This document shows, piece after piece, positions 58,325 to 64,000 of a stretch of DNA of 64,000 nt (position 1 is the stretch's first letter; every line of letters begins with the position of its first letter). The DNA lies in IMG/VR virus record IMGVR_UViG_3300036823_000117, positions 32,001 through 96,000 of that record; one strand, 5' to 3'. Origin of the DNA: a virus. Below the pieces are notes generated by a model. That model was not told the origin of the DNA. It made no database searches and saw nothing but the letters and a program-made list of their open reading frames with translations. The position numbers and the translations under genes were made by a program.

Positions 58325-58397
58325 TCGCGGGGAAGGGACTCGAACCCTCGACCTGCGGGTTATGAGCCCGCCGCGCTACCAACTGCGCCACCCCGCA
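58325..58397 (-). tRNA. tRNA-Met(CAT), initiator-like
   Basis: GGG CT CAT AA CCC. Confidence 0.9.
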
Positions 58398-58398
58398 G

Positions 58399-58469
58399 TA
58401 GCCCCACAGGGACTCGAACCCTGTCTCGCGGGTCGAAGGTCCGCGGTCCTACCCATAGACGATGGGGCC
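58399..58469 (-). tRNA. tRNA-Glu(TTC)
   Basis: Glu-type D arm; loop CC TTC GA. Confidence 0.7.
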
Positions 58470-58482
58470 TTGCTGTCCTGCG

Positions 58483-58553
58483 TACCCAGTAGGGGTGTCG
58501 AACCCCTGCTGCCGGGCTGAGAACCCGGCGGTCTGCCGTTAACCTAACTGGGC
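58483..58553 (-). tRNA. tRNA-Glu(CTC)
   Basis: Loop TT CTC AG. Confidence 0.85.
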
Positions 58554-58558
58554 TAGAG

Positions 58559-58631
58559 CGCGTCGACCAGGAATCGAACCCAGATCCACCGCTTAGAAGG
58601 CGGCCGTGCTTGTCCGTTGCACCACCGACGC
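58559..58631 (-). tRNA. tRNA-Arg(TCT)
   Basis: Loop CT TCT AA. Confidence 0.85.
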
Positions 58632-58632
58632 G

Positions 58633-58703
58633 TGCCTCGCCAAGGTACCGACCCCTGTTCCATCGGGTAAAAGCCGATTGCATCACCTTAATGCTTGCGA
58701 GGC
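58633..58703 (-). tRNA. tRNA-Lys(TTT)
   Basis: Loop CT TTT AC; atypical T-loop. Confidence 0.75.
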
Positions 58704-58704
58704 G

Positions 58705-58778
58705 TAGCCCACCAGGGGATTGAACCCTGCATCTCCTGCTTATAAGGCAGGCTCCGTCAACCAGGCGGATCGTGGGCG
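58705..58778 (-). tRNA. tRNA-Ile(TAT)
   Basis: CCTGC CT TAT AA GCAGG; atypical D arm. Confidence 0.75.
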
Positions 58779-58779
58779 T

Positions 58780-58856
58780 TGGTAGGTCACCAGAGAATCG
58801 GACTCTGCATCACCGCGTTATCAGCGCGGCCTCTCCAACCAGGCGAGACGTGACCA
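58780..58856 (-). tRNA. tRNA-Ile(GAT)
   Basis: Loop CT GAT AA; atypical D arm; encoded CCA. Confidence 0.8.
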
Positions 58857-58857
58857 G

Positions 58858-58950
58858 CGGAAGTGGTGAGGGTCGAACTCACAAGGCGACTCGCGCCGCT
58901 CGGCTGTTTTCGGGACAGCTGCCGTCAGCCTCTCATCGGCTTGCACTTCC
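58858..58950 (-). tRNA. tRNA-Ser(CGA)
   Basis: Loop CC CGA AA; long variable arm. Confidence 0.85.
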
Positions 58951-58954
58951 ATCG

Positions 58955-59039
58955 CGGAGGACGGACTATTCGAAAGCCACGTCTTGCGACGCGCATCCGC
59001 TAGCAACGGAGCCCGGCTCGCCTGTCCGGTTCATCCTCC
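58955..59039 (-). tRNA. tRNA-Ser(GCT)
   Basis: Loop TT GCT AG; long variable arm. Confidence 0.8.
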
Positions 59040-59040
59040 A

Positions 59041-59123
59041 TGGTGCGCTCGGAGGGATTCGAACCCTCATGCCCGTAGGCTCCGGGTCTGAGCCGGATGC
59101 GTCAGCCGTTGCGCCACGAGCGC
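59041..59123 (-). tRNA. tRNA-Leu(CAG)
   Basis: Loop CT CAG AC; encoded CCA. Confidence 0.9.
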
Positions 59124-59342
59124 GTGACGGGGAGTCCCTGGAGCGCAAGTACCGAGCCGTGCGGTGCCAGCCGACGGCATTTCATCGCTCTCCCTGACTG
59201 CGCCGGCCGCTGCACTGGCACTATCTCGCGGCCGTACGATCCGGGACTTGATCCCCGGGGCGCGTGCACGCGCCCGCTTGTCGCCGCACGTATTAGTTCC
59301 GGGGATTCCCTTCCGGTGACCCGGTACCGTGCGGCAGTAAAA

Positions 59343-59419
59343 CGGGGAGTGCTCTGCCTGGCTGAGCTACACCGGGCCTTGGCCCGGCGACCGGATTTGA
59401 ACCGGCGACCTCTCCCCCG
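59343..59419 (-). ncRNA. Circularly permuted tRNA-like RNA A (YrlA-type module)
   Basis: Order: T arm, loop-closed acceptor stem, D arm; ends pair GGGGAG/CTCCCC. Confidence 0.8.
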
Positions 59420-59491
59420 AGCGGAAGACGGGATTCGAACCCGCGACCCTTACCTTGGCAAGGTAATGCTCTACCGCTGAGCCACCTCCGC
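59420..59491 (-). tRNA. tRNA-Gly(GCC)
   Basis: Loop TT GCC AA. Confidence 0.9.
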
Positions 59492-59572
59492 ATGAGCCGG
59501 GTTCCAATCTGATGCCTAGGGTTTCCCCAGTGGTATAGCGGCTACAGTCACCCGACAAACCTCTACCGTACG

Positions 59573-59645
59573 AGCCACCGTTCGGTTTCGAACCGAACAC
59601 CTTCTGCCTACCATGCAGACGCTCTGCCAACTGAGCTACGGCGGC
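59573..59645 (-). tRNA. tRNA-Thr(GGT)
   Basis: Loop AT GGT AG. Confidence 0.85.
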
Positions 59646-59655
59646 GTGATTATCG

Positions 59656-59728
59656 CTGGCGGCCCAGGATTCGGACCTGGACTGGCGGGGCCAAAACCCG
59701 CAGGGCTGCCTGGTTACCCCAGCCGCCA
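59656..59728 (-). tRNA. tRNA-Gln(TTG)
   Basis: Loop TT TTG GC; T-loop GTCCGA. Confidence 0.85.
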
Positions 59729-59733
59729 TCGTG

Positions 59734-59806
59734 AGCCCGCTAGAGGTCTCGAACCCCTCGCCTGCCCTTTACAGGAGGGCCGCTCTACCAGCTGAGCTAA
59801 GCGGGC
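59734..59806 (-). tRNA. tRNA-Thr(TGT)
   Basis: Loop CC TGT AA. Confidence 0.85.
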
Positions 59807-59885
59807 AAGTCTCCCACCGGCCGCAGGACTCGAACCCTGCGTGTCTGCCGACGACGCCGGCCGTCGCTGCGTTACCGGTGGTTCG

Positions 59886-59959
59886 TGTCCACGGTGGGAT
59901 TCGAACCCACACTGTCCAGCCCCTCATGCTGGCGCCTCCTGCCGTTGGGCTACGTAGAC
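59886..59959 (-). tRNA. tRNA-Leu(GAG), short variable arm
   Basis: Loop AT GAG GG. Confidence 0.8.
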
Positions 59960-60068
59960 ATGGCGCGCGAGACAGGGCATGGACCCGTCAGCACGATAAT
60001 GGCGCTTGCGCCTCCCCCATGCCGTCATGGGCGCTACGCCGCTGAGCCGCGAGTATCCCCGCAGCCAG

Positions 60069-60141
60069 AGCCTCCGACTGGCCTCGAACCAGTTGCCTTC
60101 CGCTTACGGGGCGGACGCTCTGCCAGGTGAGCTACAGAGGC
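60069..60141 (-). tRNA. tRNA-Thr(CGT)
   Basis: Loop CC CGT AA. Confidence 0.85.
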
Positions 60142-60284
60142 ATGGGAAGTTCTGGCCAGCCAAGGTCAACCCATCCGTCCCAGCCGGTCACGCCTGACAG
60201 CGTTGCCCCGGCCCAGACGTCGTACCACTCGGCATCCAGATCATCCATGACAGGGCCAGACGTCGCACCGCCTGGTCTTGTCCG

Positions 60285-60355
60285 CTGGGAACCCTGGATT
60301 CGAACCAGAACCGACGGAGCCAGAGTCCGCCGTGCTGCCGTTACACCAGCTCCCA
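60285..60355 (-). tRNA. tRNA-Gln(CTG)
   Basis: Loop CT CTG GC. Confidence 0.9.
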
Positions 60356-60360
60356 TTGAG

Positions 60361-60435
60361 TACGGGCGGGGAGAGTCGAACTCCCAAGCAACCCGTTTTG
60401 AGCGGGCCAGGTCTGCCAGTTCCCGTCACGCCCGC
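60361..60435 (-). tRNA. tRNA-Leu(CAA), short variable arm
   Basis: Loop CT CAA AA. Confidence 0.85.
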
Positions 60436-60440
60436 TCGAG

Positions 60441-60513
60441 TGCGTCGCCTCGGCCTCGAACCGAGAGCCCGCGGAGTAAGAGTCCGCTGCACGTCCACTT
60501 GTGCTTGCGACGC
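60441..60513 (-). tRNA. tRNA-Lys(CTT)
   Basis: Loop CT CTT AC. Confidence 0.85.
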
Positions 60514-60517
60514 ATAG

Positions 60518-60588
60518 AGCTCCACCGGGGAATCGAACCCCGCTCGTCAGCTTGGAAGGCTGACACATCACCACAATGCTTGTGGAGC
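60518..60588 (-). tRNA. tRNA-Gly(TCC)
   Basis: Loop CT TCC AA. Confidence 0.85.
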
Positions 60589-60589
60589 G

Positions 60590-60664
60590 TGGCGATGGAC
60601 ATCGGACTCGAACCGAGACTGCCCCACTTATGGAGGGGCGTGCTGCCAGTTACACTATCCATCT
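60590..60664 (-). tRNA. Atypical tRNA, probably Met(CAT); anticodon register ambiguous
   Basis: D and T arms and CCA present; loop TCCATAAGT between CCCC/GGGG. Confidence 0.55.
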
Positions 60665-60716
60665 GACGCCGGGAGCGACCCGCCGTCCAGGAGCTGGCTG
60701 ATCAGGCCGTGCTCCG

Positions 60717-60789
60717 TGCCTGCCGCTGGAATCGAACCAGCCACCCCCGCCTTTTCAGAGCGGTGCTCTACCGGATGAGCTAGACAGAC
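60717..60789 (-). tRNA. tRNA-Phe(GAA)
   Basis: Loop CT GAA AA. Confidence 0.9.
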
Positions 60790-60874
60790 TTATGCAGGGG
60801 TTCTCCGGCTTGCGCCTGCCCAGGAGGACCGCGGCCCGAAGTCCGCGCGCCCTACCCTGCTCCTGGTCTCCGAG

Positions 60875-60946
60875 TCGGGATACAAGGACTCGGACCTTGT
60901 CTGCCTGGTCCCAAACCAGGCGCGCTGACCCTTACGCGATATCCCG
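60875..60946 (-). tRNA. tRNA-Pro(TGG)
   Basis: Loop TT TGG GA; T-loop GTCCGA. Confidence 0.85.
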
Positions 60947-60950
60947 TTCA

Positions 60951-61031
60951 CGGGGAGTGCTCTACCAGCTGAGCTACCGGACGCCCCTTGGGGCGCCCAG
61001 GCCGGACTTGAACCGGCGACCTCTCCCCTCG
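60951..61031 (-). ncRNA. Circularly permuted tRNA-like RNA B (YrlA-type module)
   Basis: GGGGAG AGGTC GCCGG TTCAAGT CCGGC, closed stem, TA GCTC AGCTGGTA GAGC A CTCCCC. Confidence 0.8.
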
Positions 61032-61104
61032 TGGAGCACCGGGGACTCGAACCCCGCACATCCTGCTTGCAAAACAGGTGCTCTACCTGATGAGCTAGCG
61101 CCCC
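61032..61104 (-). tRNA. tRNA-Ala(TGC)
   Basis: Loop TT TGC AA; G3-U70 pair. Confidence 0.9.
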
Positions 61105-61248
61105 ATTGCCCGGTCCCGGCCAGCCCGCGGCGTACCGCGAGCCGGCCAGGACCGGAGTCTTACTGCGCGGCCCTGGCTCGGCCGCGCTGCGTTTCCCGCT
61201 GTGGATTTGTCAATGCACAGACCCATTGCCCCGGAGGGTCGGGTACCG

Positions 61249-61319
61249 CTGGGCCAGAGGGATTCGGACCCCCATCGCCGGTTTTGGAGACCGGAGCTCT
61301 GCCGTTGAGCTATGTCCCA
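61249..61319 (-). tRNA. tRNA-Trp(CCA)
   Basis: Loop CT CCA AA; T-loop GTCCGA. Confidence 0.85.
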
Positions 61320-61321
61320 TT

Positions 61322-61359
61322 AACGAGAAAGCCGCCCTCCAGGGGCTCCTGGGGGCGGC
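61322..61359 (-). terminator. Attenuator-type intrinsic terminator in front of the tRNA array
   Basis: GCCGCCC CCAGG..CCTGG A GGGCGGC followed by TTTCTCGTT. Confidence 0.75.
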
Positions 61360-61378
61360 GTCTTCGTAGTGTTTGCCC

Positions 61379-61480
61379 CTACGTTGACGCCTTGGTCCCG
61401 AACGTGTCCAGCAGCATGGCTCGCGAGCAGCTGGTGGCGGTGTGCCGCTGCTGCTCGTACCTGGGCTGGTTGCTGGTCAT
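61379..61480 (-). CDS. Putative 33-aa leader peptide
   Basis: MTSNQPRYEQQRHTATSCSRAMLLDTFGTKAST; ATG 7 nt after the -10 box. Confidence 0.65.
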   Translation of the reverse strand: MTSNQPRYEQQRHTATSCSRAMLLDTFGTKAST

Positions 61481-62139
61481 GGATCCAACTGTACGCGAGG
61501 GGTCGGGCAGTCGGCAACTGCATTTTGGGTTGCGTCGAGGTCGGTGATGATTTTGCTGATTGTCTCGGCGGCGACGGGGCGGAGGTTCCAGGCGTCAAGA
61601 CCGACGTGGACCATTTTTCCGCGCCATTGTGGTTCTCCGCGGAACGGGGTGAATGGCAGTGCGTCGACCTGGGCGCGCTCGGCTCCGTGGGTGTGGCCGT
61701 GGAGCAGCCATTTGCCTTCGTCGCGGAGCCGGTACTGGGTGTGGCGGTCTTCGTCGGAGTGGTCGCCGTAGTAGGGAAAGTGGGACAAGAGGACTTCGGT
61801 GCCGTCGATTTTCCGGCGGGCGTACTGCTGGATAGACGCGAAGTACTGGAGCCACAGCCGCTGGGTTCTGTGCGCGTCCCTGTGGGCTGGCCAGGGGGCG
61901 TCGTGGTTGCCGGTGATGAGGTGGATGGTGCCGTTGAGCCGGGCGACCCAGGGGAGGATCTCGGCTGGTTTCCCGAGGCCTACGTCGCCGAGGTGCCAGA
62001 CGGTGTCATCGCGGCCGACCGCGGCGTTCCAGTTGGCGACGATCGCCTCGTCATGGTCAGGGGCGGTGTCGAACCCGCGGAGCCTGCCGACCATGGCGTG
62101 GGTGAAATGGGTGTCGGAGGTGAAGAACTGGCCGCCCAT
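61477..62139 (-). CDS. Calcineurin-like metallophosphoesterase
   Basis: SDTHF, HLGD, GNHD and HGHTH motifs. Confidence 0.9.
   Translation of the reverse strand: MGGQFFTSDTHFTHAMVGRLRGFDTAPDHDEAIVANWNAAVGRDDTVWHLGDVGLGKPAEILPWVARLNGTIHLITGNHDAPWPAHRDAHRTQRLWLQYFASIQQYARRKIDGTEVLLSHFPYYGDHSDEDRHTQYRLRDEGKWLLHGHTHGAERAQVDALPFTPFRGEPQWRGKMVHVGLDAWNLRPVAAETISKIITDLDATQNAVADCPTPRVQLDP
61488..61517 (-). promoter_or_regulatory. Promoter of the leader/tRNA operon
   Basis: TTGCCG-18-TACAGT. Confidence 0.65.
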
Positions 62140-63404
62140 CACGCCGCCTTGAATCCGGGGATGTGGCGGGTGGCGAGGTCGTGGATGGCGTCGGCGTGGT
62201 GGTCGTGGCGTTTGCAGGCTTCGACGATCTCGGCGGGCGCGATCCCGGAAATGCCGCGGATCTTCAGGTCGTCGTGTCCGTAGTAGCGGGATATGAGGCG
62301 GGAGGCTTGTTCTTCGGTGGCGGGGCCGAAGTGCTCGCGGAGGTCGATGCGGCCGTCTCGGGCGACGGCGTCGTCGAGGACGCCGGGGTTGTTGGTTGTC
62401 ATGACGGTGAGGAGGCCGTGGGGTGTGGCGATGCCGTCGAGGGCGTTGAGGAGGCCGGAGAGGGTGAGGCCGCCGTGGTTGTCGTCGCGGCTGGTTGCGG
62501 CTGAGAAGACGTCTACGTCTTCGAGGAGGAGCATGGAGCGGGGGCCGATGCGGGAGATGTGGCGGAGGAGGTCGCCGTCTTTTTTCACGTCGGCGAGGGG
62601 CATGTACCAGACGTCGAGGCCGAAGTGGGACGCGATGGCGCGGGCCACTGAAGTTTTGCCGGTGCCCGGGTCGCCTTCGTAGAGGTGGCCGCGGTGCCAC
62701 GGGATGCACCTGCGGAGGTAGTCCTGTTCGGCGTCGAGCCACCGCTGGACGTCGGTGACGAGGCGGTGCAGCTGCCCGTCGGGGAGGATGACGGAGTCGA
62801 GGGTGCGCGGGGGGAGGTCGTCGCAGCGCTGCCAGTCGTCCCACTGGCCGAGCATCCGGAATGCGGGCTTGGTGCGTTCCCGGTGGGTGCGCTCGAGGAC
62901 GCCGGCGATCTGGGTGAGGAGGGCGCGGCGGGCGGTGACGGACCGGGCGGTGAAGATGATCTCCGGTGGCTTCCACCTTTGGCCGGCGGTCTCGTCGCCG
63001 CCTTCGGATACGACGACCTTGATTTTGTGGCCGGCGACTCGGATGTCCTGCTCGCGGGTGCCGTCGTAGCGGAGGCGCAGCTCGGGGGGCTTGGCGGGTT
63101 CGTCGTCTTCGGGCATGGCGAAGTGGCGGCGGGTGGACCAGGCGACAAGGGCGTGCTGTTCCCTGGGTGGGAGGAGGCTGAGGACCCAGGTGTGGAGCTC
63201 GTCGTAGATGGCGTCGTTGCCGGAGACCTTGACGGTGTAGGTGGTCCGGCTGCGGGCCTGGCGGCGGAGGTGGTCGGCGAGGGGCCATGCGGCCTGGCCG
63301 GCGGCGAAGGCGAGCGCGGTCCGGGGGGCGTGTTCCTGGAGGGCGGCGATCAGGTCCGACGCGGACCGGGCCCGGATCGGGCTGGCCGGGACTTCGTGGG
63401 TCAA
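62139..63404 (-). CDS. BCS1-like AAA ATPase
   Basis: IPWHRGHLYEGDPGTGKTS, LLLEDVD, LTLSGLLNALDG, RDGRID. Confidence 0.9.
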   Translation of the reverse strand: MTHEVPASPIRARSASDLIAALQEHAPRTALAFAAGQAAWPLADHLRRQARSRTTYTVKVSGNDAIYDELHTWVLSLLPPREQHALVAWSTRRHFAMPEDDEPAKPPELRLRYDGTREQDIRVAGHKIKVVVSEGGDETAGQRWKPPEIIFTARSVTARRALLTQIAGVLERTHRERTKPAFRMLGQWDDWQRCDDLPPRTLDSVILPDGQLHRLVTDVQRWLDAEQDYLRRCIPWHRGHLYEGDPGTGKTSVARAIASHFGLDVWYMPLADVKKDGDLLRHISRIGPRSMLLLEDVDVFSAATSRDDNHGGLTLSGLLNALDGIATPHGLLTVMTTNNPGVLDDAVARDGRIDLREHFGPATEEQASRLISRYYGHDDLKIRGISGIAPAEIVEACKRHDHHADAIHDLATRHIPGFKAA

Positions 63405-63922
63405 CGGGTCTCTTCCTGTGGTGCGGCGGTCACAGGTAGTGAGGGTGCCATGAAGCGCCTGGTCGCGATACCCGCTTTCTCGGCAACGCTCAGGCAGTGG
63501 GATCCGCCGTGTGATGGGTGGGGCTGCGGATCACGGCAGCCGGGTTTCACGCATGGCCCGACGTAGGCGTGGCATTCGCTGGCGCCGAGTTTCACCATGG
63601 CGGTGTTGCGCGCGAACCCGGCGCCCTTGCCGCGGTTCCAGTCGGCCGGGTGCGGCTCAGTTTCCCAGCAGAGGTCCCTGGCGATGACGTCGGCCAGCCA
63701 GTCCGCGCCGAGCAGGATCTCCCGGTGGTGGGGTTGCAGGCGCAGCGCCATCTGCCAGGGGACCTTGACGCGGGTGCGGGGATGGTGGGGGTCGCACATT
63801 CCGTGGACCAAGACCATGTGGCCGCAGGGGTGCGCGGCCTGCACCTCGAGCATCGCGGCGCGGATGATGTCGGGGTGGTCCCAGTCCCGGCTGCCGGTCA
63901 CGAGGACCCTGTAGTCGGTCAT
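63401..63922 (-). CDS. SLOG-family (YspA/DUF2493-like) protein
   Basis: RVLVTGSRDW, LVHG, GAD, HPADW..AGFARN. Confidence 0.85.
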   Translation of the reverse strand: MTDYRVLVTGSRDWDHPDIIRAAMLEVQAAHPCGHMVLVHGMCDPHHPRTRVKVPWQMALRLQPHHREILLGADWLADVIARDLCWETEPHPADWNRGKGAGFARNTAMVKLGASECHAYVGPCVKPGCRDPQPHPSHGGSHCLSVAEKAGIATRRFMAPSLPVTAAPQEETR

Positions 63923-64000
63923 GACGCTTCTCGCTCTGGCGTGCTGAATTCCGGCCAGCTGAACGCGGGCCGGATGATGCCGCTGCTGATGACTTCGTCG

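Noticed and set aside
59270-59340. Hammerhead, twister or HDV ribozyme in this spacer
   Set aside because: The required catalytic core motifs could not be placed; kept only as an unknown structured RNA.
61200-61215. TTGACA as an internal -35 box
   Set aside because: No -10 hexamer 16-18 nt downstream; a boxA-like reading fits better but is also tentative.
57332-61547. ORF-track proteins across the tRNA array
   Set aside because: They are translations of tRNA genes and carry no protein motifs.
61477-63288. 603-aa ORF as one protein
   Set aside because: Only the last 220 aa (from 62139) form the phosphoesterase; the rest is an alternate frame of the AAA gene.

Overview
High-GC actinobacterial siphovirus (or intact prophage), read by eye with no database searches. 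Layout: (1) 1-7.9 kb, a minus-strand arm of small genes divided by five repeated hairpin + TTGACA-17-TAnnnT promoter cassettes. (2) 7.9-9.1 kb, an RHH regulator, GTAAACGTATAC repeats and a non-coding region with a dif-like site. (3) 9.1-45.7 kb, the virion module: TerS, TerL, HNH, a frame-split portal, minor capsid, scaffold, capsid, connectors, tail tube, G/GT chaperone, tape measure, minor tails, a GT2 and two fibre/spike genes. (4) 45.9-49.1 kb, a lysis cassette that includes a VIT1/CCC1-like gene. (5) 49.2-51.5 kb, a Ro60/TROVE gene preceded by two Y-RNA-like stems. (6) A large serine integrase with a probable intact attP, and a Xer-like recombinase. (7) 56.5-61.3 kb, about 36 minus-strand tRNAs covering all 20 amino acids. 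The most interesting candidate system is a translation-rescue module. The tRNA array sits behind a leaderless 33-aa leader peptide with overlapping antiterminator/terminator hairpins. A long-range inverted repeat brackets the array, and many of its tRNAs have altered U33 or T-loop positions. The array also contains two anticodon-less circularly permuted tRNA mimics, while Ro-binding-type stems lie separately beside the Ro gene, which suggests split Y RNAs.
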